Positions 13,345-24,833 of a DNA stretch of 64,000 bases are shown one piece after another. Origin of the DNA: Octopus vulgaris. Its lineage: Eukaryota. The stretch lies in NCBI GenBank assembly GCA_951406725.2, contig OX597834.1, forward strand, positions 28,520,001-28,584,000, given 5' to 3'. The notes under the pieces are model-generated. The model did not search any database, was not told the DNA's origin, and saw nothing but the letters and a program-made list of their open reading frames with translations. Each line of letters begins with the position of its first letter. Positions within the stretch are counted from its first letter, which is position 1. A program made the position numbers and the translations under genes.

Positions 13345-13611
13345 ACCTACGTATACACCTTTTTGATCTCCATGTGTCCAACACACGTGGACATGCCTAC
13401 AAAGTCAGAAAACAACACAGCTCCCATGACTTTCGGAAACATTTTTTCACGCTCAGAGTTGCTGAAGCATTGAATAAACTGCCTGCGTCAGTTGTTGACT
13501 GCCATGACACTGCATCCTTTAAGGCCCTCATGCTTTCCGAAATCCGCCGAAACTACACCTGATTATATATACACTTTAGATGAGTTGTAGTGCACCTGAG
13601 CACTGTACACA

Positions 13612-13640
<29 letters not shown>
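13345..13640 (+). mobile_element. CR1-type LINE 3' end with an (ATT)n tail
   Basis: TRGHAYKVRKQHSSHDFRKHFFTLRVAEALNKLPASVV matches the CR1 C-terminal TRGH...FF..RV...WN.LP motif. It is followed by a stop, a short UTR and (ATT)n. Confidence 0.85.
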
Positions 13641-13642
<2 letters not shown>

Positions 13643-14972
13643 GAATGTGTAACATCCCCCTCTTAGGAACCAGTTTAAAATATCTTCCAGTAAGTGTATG
13701 ATAAATTTGTTGTGTAAAAATAGGGGTGTGTCTTATACGTCGGCAAAGACGGTATGTTCTGTCCCTTTGCATTCTAACAGAAAGATTCCAGATAGAAATA
13801 GAAGCGAAATCTTGCCCCAAATTACACCAAAGGAAGGATACCACGAACAGAATAACCTCTGAAATAAATTAATAGAAGGGACGTGGTTGAAATGGTTTTG
13901 ATTGCAAATATCTTTTCGATTAGGGATGGCCTGTGGTTAAATAGAAGCAGCAACAAACACAACACATCCAACACTTACAGAGACAAAAGACTAACTTTAC
14001 TGCACGAATCACACATACACATGCACACACATTTCACATCACATAATACACGCGCACACATACATGCACACTTCACATCCCACGCATACATATCATATTA
14101 CATCACACACATTTCACATCACGCACAAACACACACACACACACGTCTCATCATATACATGTCACATCACATTACACATGCATATACACACATTCATATC
14201 ACACACGCATACATACACACCCACGCATCTCAAAACCAAAACCAATTCCTTAATTCTCTTGAATGCCAAGAACTCCGCAACAGCAGCAACAAAAGAAGGA
14301 ATCAATCCATCAATAGATGATACCAAACAAAAATAAAGGAACAACGTTACAAGAAAGCCTGAGCTCCTACCCCTACCATGACGACGATGGCGACGAACAC
14401 CACCACCATCACCACCACCAGCAACAACAACAACAACAGCAACGCCACGACGGTCACTACTACCACGACGACTTCCACGGCCACCACCTTCATCAAAAGA
14501 AAACAGTGGCATGGTCAGGATTGAAATATCTTTGATCAATAATGTCTCTTCGATCTGTAGTGATCTGAAGTTAAATAATAATCAATCAGCAACAAACGAC
14601 AAATACAACTGGAAATACTAAACCGACGCTAAAATAATACATACATATATACATATATACATACGTACGTCCGTACGTACATGCGCATGTACACGAACCA
14701 TTATTATTACTACCCTTTATTCCTGGAGGAACAGAACATGTCTGAACGAAACCCGTCTGAACAAAATCCGTCTCGACGAAACCCGTCCGAACGAAAATAC
14801 GACTTTGCATAAAGAACGTAGTTGCGTCGTTCATTCAGCACAAAAATAAAAATATGCAAGACATTAACAGTTTAAGGGTGAATGTTAGTGTAATGCCTTT
14901 TTATAAAAAAATTTAATTCAAAGTGTAATGCCTTTTATAAAAAAAATTTAATTCAACTAATTTATTTAACTA

Positions 14973-15331
14973 CTAGCAGTATCGCCCGGCGTTGCTCGGG
15001 TTTGTTTCGACCCTTTAGAATTGGAATTTTTGAAAAGTAAAAATTTTGCATTTTTCTGGTTGAAATACACCGAAAAATGGCGACACAGCAGTAAAAAAAA
15101 TCGTAAAAAATGGGGGTTTTCATAGAAAAAAAGCACCTTTTTGATGTAAATAATTTTTGGTGTTAACATGGTCCGATTTGAATTTTTTCTTCTACGAAAG
15201 GAAGAGCAAGCCTTCTTCTATCATACTCTCAATTTTGGTCAACTTGCGCCGCAGGGTCTCGGAGGAGATAGTGTCAGTTGAAGGCTACCAAACCTGTCAT
15301 ACACAGACAACTTCAGCTTTATATATAGAGA
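14973..15331 (-). mobile_element. Non-autonomous Helitron
   Basis: The minus strand begins TCTCTATATATAAA and ends in the hairpin CCCGAGCAACGCCGGG followed by CTAG then T. Confidence 0.85.
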
Positions 15332-15556
15332 AATTTAAAATATCATTGCACGTCTTTTTACCGGACTAGTCATCACTGCATAGTACGAAAGATCTTGCTG
15401 TCCAGATTAAGAACCTAATGCTGTAACTTAGGGTTTAAAAGCCCGCTACTTTTCAAAGCCTAACCAAAAGGCCCCACATATTTACGTGGTGTATATTTGG
15501 ATGTGTTCAGAGAATAATTACTCAAATATTTTTCACAGTAAGAAACGCAAAGAAGG

Positions 15557-15750
15557 ACAGGAGTGGCTGTGTGGTAAGTGGCTTGCTTACCAACCACATG
15601 GTCCCTCCGAAGCACAAGTCTGAGCAAGGTTGTTTATGGAAGACCAGCAGACACCCACTCATACCAGCCTCCCCTCTCCACGTCACCGATGTTATCCAAG
15701 GGAAAGGCAAAGGCAGATACAGCTTGGCACCAGTGACATCGCAGCTCATT
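15557..15750 (+). mobile_element. SINE A head joined to a fragment of another retroposon
   Basis: 15557-15603 is the family A head. The rest (aaggcaaaggcagatacagcttggcaccagtgac) is higher-GC repeat-like sequence of uncertain family. Confidence 0.5.
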
Positions 15751-15751
15751 T

Positions 15752-16019
15752 ATTAACGTGCAAGTGGCCGAGCATTTCACAGACACGTGGAGATTCTCGG
15801 GGAGATTGAGCGTGACACAGAGTGTGACAAGGCTGACCCTTTGAAATACAGATACAGCAGTAACAGGAAGAAAGAGTGAGAGAAAGTTGTGGTGAAAGAG
15901 TACAGCAGGGTTCACCACCATCCCCTGCCGGAGCCTCGTGGAACTTTAGGTGTTTTTGCTCAATAAACACTCACAACGCTCGGTCAGGGATCGAAACCAC
16001 TGGGCCATTGCGCCTCCAC
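15752..16019 (-). mobile_element. SINE family B with internal deletions
   Basis: Reverse complement of family B, ending ccactgggccattgcgcctccac. Confidence 0.88.
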
Positions 16020-16046
16020 GCTAATAAAATAGAATAGAATATATAT

Positions 16047-16277
16047 ATTTCTTTACTACCCACAAGCGGCTAAACACAGAGGGGACAAACAAGGACAGAC
16101 AAACGGATTAAGTCGATTATATCGACCCCAGTGCGTAACTGGTACTTAATTTATCGACCCCGAAAGGATGAAAGGCAAAGTGGACCTCGGCGGAATTTGA
16201 ACTCAGAACGTAACGGCAGACGAAATACAGCTACGCATTTCGCCCGACGTGCTAACGTTTCTGCCAGCTCACCGCCT
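16047..16277 (-). mobile_element. SINE family C, full-length young copy with TSD
   Basis: Runs from the tail tttctttactacccacaag to the head ctgccagctcaccgcc. The direct repeat atagaatagaatatata flanks both sides. Confidence 0.92.
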
Positions 16278-16655
16278 TATAGAATAGAATATATAGTCAC
16301 AATCAAAATAATCATTGAAACACCCCATTCAAGAAGAAAATACGTGCGAAAAACAACAAACGTATGATTACTTTCGATGCATATTGCTTCTCTGCATTTA
16401 TTTATATCGCAGGCTTACACAATCGTGTGTTCTAAAACAGGTTCTGTTGGATGCTAAAGACGGCCAACTTCAGAATTGCTTAATAAAATATGAGAAGGAA
16501 AATTGGTTAATTAAAATATTGGTAAATAAAGTATGTTATAAGCAGAGTCGTGAATGAGTGGTTCAAAAAGTTCGTTTCAGCAACTGGTGGTTTCGTGTTC
16601 GCTGTCATTGCACGGCACCGCGGGTAGGTTGTTTTTTTGTTTCTTCTATTTGCTA

Positions 16656-17164
16656 CTAGCAGTATCGCCCGGCGTTGCTCGGGTTTGTAAGGGAAATAAC
16701 AATATAAGCATTTTTAGAGAGTTACTTCCCTTATAGATGCCAATTTGGGCTTTCTTAGCCATTTCTGTTTTGGTGTCTTCAAGCCATGAAGTCGTTGTTC
16801 TAAAAGAACGCTGGTCTCCTTGACAACGCTTTACGACGTTGATTTCCTTACACTCCCTTCCCCACAGCTTCACGAGGGAGGGAAGAAGGGAGAGAAGCAA
16901 ACAGGTGCAGGTGTGACCATGGACGCCAACTCCGCCGCCATCGACACACGAAAAATTATGCATTAAAATGGAATAAAAAATGATGTTAAATTATTTTTAA
17001 AATCGTAGACTCATCGTAGACGCGCGCTAATACCCAGACTCGATATGAATCACGACTATAAGATACCCGGTTTTGGTTAAACTGCACGGCAAAATGTGGG
17101 AGTAGTTAGGAATCTAAATCGAAGGGGACAGACACTCACACAACTACAGTTTTATATATAGAGA
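16656..17164 (-). mobile_element. Non-autonomous Helitron with canonical termini
   Basis: The minus strand reads A|TCTCTATATATAAAA ... CCCGAGCAACGCCGGG-cgatactg-CTAG|T. It is inserted in an AT dinucleotide with no TSD. Confidence 0.9.
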
Positions 17165-17328
17165 TTTTCATTCTTTATTTGTGTTTTATGTTGTTTGTCA
17201 CGCGAAGGCGCCTTGCATAATGGTTAGGGCGTTGCTCTTACGATTGTGATTTCGATTCGCGGACTGGGCAGCGAGTTATGCTCCTGCGCAAAACACATTA
17301 ATTCATGTTGCCCCGGTCTACTTAGTCC

Positions 17329-17745
17329 GGATCTTTTCGGTTTAAACGGCAGTTTTTTAAAATAATTTCCACGTAACTAAACACTTTTAAACTTCGTATA
17401 CTGGTAGAATGTGTTTATAAAACATCTTTTTCTCTTGGCTTTATTGAGAAAATTCTATAGTTTGTAAGATATTTGTTGTTTTTTTCTTCAATTTCTGCAA
17501 TTTCAACCAATCACTGATGTCTATTGAGGTAAAAATCATTCTGTGCCGTATGAATATGTCCCTCGTTTAAGAAACAGATTGGGTTTATTTACATTTCTGA
17601 AGAAAAAAAGATACCCTTCCCCCCACCCCTAACCCTAACCCTAAAACAGATTGAAATGCAATAGATCGATACTAGGGTCATAATTATGGGTGACAATTTC
17701 ATATGACACCGCTAGAAAAAACTGCCGTTCAAACCGAAAAGATCC
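17329..17745. mobile_element. 417-bp MITE with 30-bp TIRs and an 8-bp TSD (Merlin-like)
   Basis: The TIRs are ggatcttttcggtttaaacggcagtttttt and aaaaaactgccgttcaaaccgaaaagatcc (1 mismatch). The TSD cttagtcc lies at 17321-17328 and 17746-17753. GG termini with an 8-bp TSD fit Merlin better than hAT. Confidence 0.88.
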
Positions 17746-17859
17746 CTTAGTCCTACATCCTTGGGGTGTAGGAACATACCTAGTCAAACAGGCCTGTGGT
17801 CAAAGACATTCCGGTGATGATCACAACCGTCTTTTATCGTTTAATTATTTTTTATAGTT

Positions 17860-19175
17860 ATACGGCAACAAATTTGTAGAATCGTTAACCCCGAGTAAAA
17901 TGCTTAGCGGCGTTTCGCCCGTCTCTACTTTCTGAGTTCAAATTCTGCCGAGGTCGACCTTGCCTTTCATCCCTTCGTGGTCGATTAAATAAGTACCAGT
18001 TACTGGGGTCGATATAATCGACTTAATCCGTTTGTCTGTCCTTGTTTGTCGCTTCTGCGTTTAGACCCTTGTGGGCAGTAAAGAAATAGGTATTTCGTCT
18101 GCTGCTACGTTCTGAGTTCAAATTCTGCCGAGGTCGACTTTGCCTTTCATCCCTTCGTGGTCGATTAAATAAGTACCAGTTACTGGGGTCGATATAATCG
18201 ACCTTAATCTGTTTGTCTATCCTTGTTTGTCCCTTCTGTGCTTAGCCACTTGTGGGCGGTAAAGAAATAGGTATTTCGCCCGTCTCCACTTTCTGAGTTC
18301 AAATTCTGCCGAGGTCGACTTTGTCTTTCATCCTTTCGGGGTCGATTAAATAAGTACCAGTTACTGGGGTCGATATAATCGACTTAATCCGTTTGTCTGT
18401 CTTTGTTTGTCCCTTCTTTGTTTAACTCCTCGTGGGCAGTAAAGAAATAGGTATTTCGTCTGCTGCTACGTTCTGAGTTCAAATTCTGCCGAGGTCGACT
18501 TTACCTTTCATCCCTTCGTGGTCGATTAAATAAGTACCAGTTACTGGGGTCGATATAATCGACCTAATCCGTTTGTCTGTCCTTGTTTGTCGCTTCTTTG
18601 TTTAGACCCTTGTGGGCAGTAAAGAAATAGGCTATTTCGTCTGCTGCTACGTTCTGAGTTCAAATTCTGCCGAGGTCGACTTTGCCTTTCATCCTTTCGG
18701 GGTCGATTAAATAAGTACCAGTTACGCACTGGGGTCGATATAATCGACTTAATCCGTTTGTCTGTCCTTGTTTGTCCCTTCTGCGTTTAGACCACTTGTG
18801 GGCGGTAAAGAAATAGGTATTTCGCCCTGCTCCACGTTCTGAGTTCAAATTCTGCCGAGGTCGACTTTGTCTTTCATCCTTTCGGGGTCGATTAAATAAA
18901 GTACCAGTTACTGGGGTCGATATAATCGACTTAATCCTGTTTGTCTGTCTTTGTTTGTCCCTTCTTGTGTTTAACTCCTCGTGGGTAGTAAAGAAATAGG
19001 TATTTCGCCCGTCTCCACTTTCTGAGTTCAAACTCCGACGAGTTTGAATTTTTTTTTTTTGCCTTTCATCTTTCCGGGGTCGATAAAATAAGTACCAGCT
19101 GAACACTGGGGTTGATGTAAACGACTGAATCCCTCCCCCAAACTTGCTAGCCGTGTGCTAAATTTTGAAATCGAT
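17860..19175 (+). repeat. Head-to-tail tandem array of SINE C bodies (six units of about 180 bp, nested in an older SINE C copy)
   Basis: ttctgagttcaaa recurs near 17930, 18110, 18291, 18471, 18652, 18837 and 19020. The junctions read aaagaaata|ggtatttcg. Confidence 0.92.
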
Positions 19176-19309
19176 ATTTTTTATTGTTATAACATCTAAC
19201 TCAACCAGTGCAGTTGGTTGTTCTATTGTTTCTTTCTAAAGCTGAATGTTTAGCTGTGGACAAAGAACACGAGAAGGCAGGGTGAAAGAAGGAGAGCGCT
19301 GAGGACGGC

Positions 19310-19691
19310 AGCGGCGACGATGATGCGGAAGACGACAAAGACGACGACGACGACGATGGAGATGAGGATGATGACAATAACGATAACGATGACGACGACG
19401 ATGATGATGATAATGGTGATGAAGAGAGTGATGATGATAGAGACGACGATGACGGTTATGATGATGATGATGATGATGATGATATTGACCATGGCAACGA
19501 CGACTATGATGGCGACGGCTAGCGCGGCTGCTGACGATGGTGCTGATGATGACGATGACGATGACGATGGAGGTCAGGACGATGACAATAACGATAACGA
19601 TGACACGATGGTGATGATGACGACGACGACGATGATGATGATAATGGTGATGAAGAGAGTGATGATGATAGTGACGACGACGATGACGGTT

Positions 19692-19755
<64 letters not shown>

Positions 19756-19880
19756 CGACGACGACGACGACGATGATGATGATAATGGTGATGATGATGA
19801 TGACGACGACGACGATGATGATGATAATGGTGATAATGGTGATGAAGAGAGTGATGATGATAGAGACGACGATGACGGTT

Positions 19881-19954
<74 letters not shown>

Positions 19955-20030
19955 AATGATGATGATGACGACGACGATGATGATAATGGTGATGAAGAGA
20001 GTGATGATGATAGAGACGACGATGACGGTT

Positions 20031-20118
<88 letters not shown>

Positions 20119-20183
20119 CGACGACGATGATGATGATAATGGTGATGAAGAGAGTGATGATGATAGAGACGACGATGACGGTT

Positions 20184-20253
<70 letters not shown>

Positions 20254-20430
20254 CGACGACGACGACGATGATGATGATAATGGTGATGAAGAGAGTGATG
20301 ATGATAGAGACGACGATGACGGTTATGATGACTGACGATGACGATGACGATGATACCGATGAAGACGATGAAGACGATGATGACGATGACGATGACGATG
20401 GTGATGATGCTGCTGACGATGATGACTACT
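19310..20430. repeat. (GAT/GAC)n trinucleotide array with a higher-order unit
   Basis: The spacer gataatggtgatgaagagagtgatgatgatagagacgacgatgacggtt recurs about six times between (GAT)n runs. Confidence 0.9.
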
Positions 20431-20599
20431 TCTGCTTGATGATTTGTCATGTTACAAACGATGAACATGACTTTATATAACAATCAAACCGAAGTGTTGA
20501 GGTTTTTTGCCTCGCAGCTGGGGTTTTTTTTACAGTTGTTGTTTGAGTTTTGTCCAAATCCTAGGAAAAAACCTAATTAATGGGCTGGACACAAATTCC

Positions 20600-20743
20600 T
20601 TCTTTCCGTCTTTTCTCTTTCTTTCTCTTTTTCTGTCACCCTCTCTCTCTCTCCTCCTTTTCTCTCTCTTCCTGCTTTCGTTCTTTCTTTCTTTCCTTTT
20701 TCGTTCTTTCTTTCTTTCCTTTTTCGTTCTTTCTTTCTTTCGT

Positions 20744-20777
<34 letters not shown>

Positions 20778-20899
20778 TTTCTTTCTTTCTTTCTTTCTTT
20801 CTTTCGTTCGTTCTTTCCTTGCTTCCTTACTTGCTTTTTTCTTTCTTTCTTTCTTTCATTCTTTCGTTCTTTCTCTCTTTCATTCTTTCTTTCTTTCAT

Positions 20900-20971
<72 letters not shown>

Positions 20972-21420
20972 TCGTTCGTTCTTCCTTCCTTTCTTTCTTC
21001 CTTCCTTCCTTCCTTTCTTTCTTTCTTTCGTTCTTTCGTTCGTTCTTTCCTTGCTTCCTTGCTTCTTTCTTTCTTTCTTTCTTTCTTTCTTTCCTTTCCT
21101 TGCTTCCTTGCTTCTTTTGTTGTTTTGTTGTTGCCGTTAATTATTATGAATACTATTATTGTTATTGTTGTTGTTATTATTATTATCATGTACCACCAAC
21201 ACCACCTCCATTCTTGTTACTTCTATCCTCCTCCTCCTCCTCCTCATCATCATCATCACCATCATTATTACTGCCATTATCGTTGTTGCTGCTATTGCTG
21301 TTGTCGATAAGATTTTATAAATATCCTCACGACACTATTGAGTAGTCAGAACCATAAATAGATGCACACATCGCTGCACATCATCTATTATGCATACATG
21401 TGCGAGTTTATGCGTGTGCA

Positions 21421-21519
<99 letters not shown>

Positions 21520-21520
21520 G

Positions 21521-21569
<49 letters not shown>

Positions 21570-21665
21570 CCTCACACACTTATTCCGAATTTTCAAGGTG
21601 TCTGTCTAGTGATTTATATATATATATATATACATACACACACATACATACATATATACACACAC

Positions 21666-21697
<32 letters not shown>

Positions 21698-21756
21698 GTA
21701 TGTATATATATATGTATATATGTATGTATGTATGTATGTATCTATCTATCTATCTA

Positions 21757-21796
<40 letters not shown>

Positions 21797-22557
21797 GCAT
21801 ATACTTATACATATACATATGTATACATACACATACGTAATTATATATATATATACTTACACACATACATACACATACACACATGCACACATAGACTTAC
21901 ATATATAAATATGTATATACTTACATATGTATTTGTATATAGATGTTTTATATACACACATATATTTACGCACGCACGCGCACACACGCGCATATGCATG
22001 TGTGTGTCTGTGTGTATCTTCGTATATGTATGTTTGTGTGTGTCAGAGTCATTACAAAATACACACGCACACACCGACAAACACACAGACGCACATACAT
22101 AGAGTCGTAGAGCGAGGTCAGAAAAGACCAACTAGAGGAATAACGAGGTCAAATTGATGAGGTCAAATTATAGATTTTTTCAGATCGATCAATATATAAA
22201 TTAATTAATCCAGACAATATAAAAAGAAGACAAAAAACACAGAAAGGAAAAAAAGACAAACAAAGAAAAAAACAGAATCTAATCAAACTAATATCAAACG
22301 AAGATATATCGATTTCTGTTCTGATCGCAAGGTCAGATGTCCAAGTGCATGAGTGTTGATGTGTGTGGGTATGTGAGTATGTGTGTGGGTATGTGAGTAT
22401 GTGTGTATTTGTGTGCGTATGTGTATGTGTGTTTGTGTATGTGTGTATATATATGTTTGTGTGTGTGTTCGTTTGTGCAAGTGTTTGTGTGTGTGTGTAT
22501 ATGTGTACGTATGCGTGTATGAGTTCATGTATGTGTGAGTATATGTGTGTGTGTGTA

Positions 22558-22610
<53 letters not shown>

Positions 22611-22630
22611 TTGTATACGTGTGTGCTGAA
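20600..22630. repeat. (CTTT)n, (TA)n and (CA/TG)n microsatellite complex
   Basis: Directly visible. A short unique island lies at about 22100-22350. Confidence 0.9.
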
Positions 22631-23019
22631 GTAGATGGCTCAGGCGATGGTGAAGTAGAACCAAGGGAATCACGTATTGTTTATCGATAATTATGTTTAA
22701 TCAAAGATCAGCTAGGATTCGAACTCAGAGACTCGATGGACCCAATAAACTCATGAATATCGATGAGCCAATTGAAGGCGGATGTCGGTGTGAGGAGTTT
22801 TTCTCTTCGCAGTTGTTCTTTCTGCCTACATTTGCTGTCAAATCTCTCTCAAATTGAATCAATCTTCCTTGTTTTAAAACAAAAGGAAGAAGGTTCTATA
22901 AAGTAGTCATAGATACATTATGACTGAATATAAAAAGGGGGAAAAAAAAAGCTGACATGGTCGCGGTTGGAGCACCTTTGATCACAGATGTGCTGTGCAG
23001 TGGTTTGACAGTTATGGTA

Positions 23020-23249
23020 GCGGTGAACTGGCAGAAGCGTTAGCACGTCGGGCGAAATGCTAAGCGGTATTTCGTTTGTCGCTACGTTCTGAGTTCAAAT
23101 TCCGCCGAGGTCGACTTTGCCTTTCATCCTTTCGGGGTCGATTAAATAAGTACCAGTTACGCACTGGGGTCGTTATAATCGACTTAATCCGTTTGTCTGT
23201 CTTTGTTTGTCCCCTCTGTGTTTAGCCCCTTGTGGGTATTAAAGAAATA
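23020..23249 (+). mobile_element. SINE family C, full length, about 22-bp TSD
   Basis: The head is gcggtgaactggcagaa and the B box is gagttcaaattcc. The centre gcctttcatcctttcggggtcgattaaataagtacc is Meta-domain-like. The direct repeat ggtttgacagttatggtagcgg flanks both sides. Confidence 0.93.
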
Positions 23250-23610
23250 GGTTTGACAGTTATGGTAGCGGAACGCAAGCTCCTTGAAAGGCCTGCCATG
23301 GTGGATAAGTCAAAGGATAGAGGTCAGACTAGTATAGGCCAGCTCTTCCCAGGGGTAAAAATAGGTTTGCATGAGGTCAACGCGCTTACCTAGAGAAAAG
23401 AAAAGCAAAGTTATAGAAACGTTGATGACAATTCAAAACCAACCAGTTCTGAAGAGTAAGGCCTTCTTTGAGGGCAATATTTAGCACGATGAAGACGGCG
23501 AGCTGGCAGAATCTTTAGCACGCCGAGCAAAATGCTTAGCGGCCGATAAGATAGGCGATAGGTTCAGCAAATACACCCCCTAAAAAATAGTAAATATAAA
23601 TAACTAAACT

Positions 23611-24025
23611 AGGCGCAGGAGTGGCTGTGTGGTAAGTAGCTTGCTAACCAACCACATGGTTCCGGGTTCAGTCCCACTGCGTGGCATCTTAGGCAAGTGT
23701 CTTCTGCTATAGCCCCGGGCCGACCAATGCCTTGTGAGTGGATTTGGTAGACGAAAACTGAAAGAAGCCTGTCGTATATATGTATATATATATATATATG
23801 TATGTGTGTGTTTGTGTGTCTGTGTCTGTCCCCCTAGCATTGCTTGACAACCGATGCTGGTGTATTTACGTCCCCGTCACTTAGCGGTTCGGCAAAAAGA
23901 GACCGATAGAATAAGTACTGAGCTTACAAAGAATAAGTCCCGGGGTCAATTTGCTCGACTAAAGGCGGTGCTCCAGCATGGCCGCAGTCAAATGACTGAA
24001 ACAAGTAAAAGAGTAAAAGAGTAAA
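23611..24025 (+). mobile_element. SINE family A, full length
   Basis: It has an A box (tggctgtgtgg), a B box (ggttcagtccc), a CORE-like cttaggcaagtgtctt, an internal (TA)(TG) microsatellite and a (GAGTAAAA)n tail. Confidence 0.93.
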
Positions 24026-24272
24026 TAAAAATTATAAATAATGATAATAATAAAGAAACCCTTAAAGCTACTTGAGTTTCGAAAGGCTCTGCCAGGGATC
24101 CCAAAGCATTCTTAATCAGCCTTGTAAAATTTTGCCCAGTGGCTTCGGACCTCTGTGGGCCACTGATTAGTCGATGCTTACAGAAGTATTACCGGTAATG
24201 AAAGCGGGTCTGGGAACAAGCAAAGTTTGTTTTTGTACGTAAAGTATCTCTAAAAAACAAGAAAAAAAAATT

Positions 24273-24362
24273 CCTCGGCGGAATTTGAACTCAGAACGTA
24301 ACGGCAGACGAAATACGGCTACGCATTTCGCCCGGCGTGCTAAACGTTTCTGCCAGCTCGCC
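24273..24362 (-). mobile_element. SINE family C head fragment
   Basis: cctcggcggaatttgaactcagaacg...ctgccagctcgcc. Confidence 0.85.
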
Positions 24363-24833
24363 GTCATCTACTACCGTCTGACTGTCGTGTCTTGCCCCGG
24401 CTACCGTCTGACTGTCGTGTCTTGCTCCGGCTACCGTCTGACTGTCGTGTCTTGCCCCGGCTACCGTCTGACTGTCGTGTCTTGCCCCGGCTACCGTCTG
24501 ACTGTCGTGTCTTGCCCCGGCTACCGTCTGACTGTCGTGTCTTGCTCCGGCTACCGTCTGACTGTCGTGTCTTGCTCCGGCTACCGTCTGACTGTCGTGT
24601 CTTGCCCCGGCTACCGCCTGACTGTCGTGTCTTGCCCCGGCTACCGCCTGACTGTCGTGTCTTGCCCCGGCTACCGTCTGACTGTCGTGTCTTGCCCCGG
24701 CTACCGTCTGACTGTCGTGTCTTGCCCCGGCTACCGTCTGACTGTCGTGTCTTGCCCCGGCTACCGTCTGGTTATGTTGGAGCGTATACTCTTAATGCTT
24801 CTTATGGAAGGGACGTCTCTCGATGGTCAGGCG
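24363..24833 (+). repeat. Tx1 ORF2 fragment with an internal 30-bp minisatellite (13 units plus a partial, 24371-24770)
   Basis: The unit is ctaccgtctgactgtcgtgtcttgccccgg. The flanks translate as VIYYRLTVVSCP...LERIL, matching FVIYYRLTVVPCP...LERIF in the Tx1 fragment at 3081-3699. Confidence 0.9.

Noticed and set aside
17860-19175. Regular arrays (also 24371-24770 and 25486-26132) as CRISPR-like systems
   Set aside because: There are no unique spacers and no cas genes. The units are pure tandem copies of TE-derived sequence in a eukaryotic context.
19236-20483. Poly-His / poly-Met / poly-Asp ORFs of about 400 aa
   Set aside because: Artefact of the (GAT)n array.
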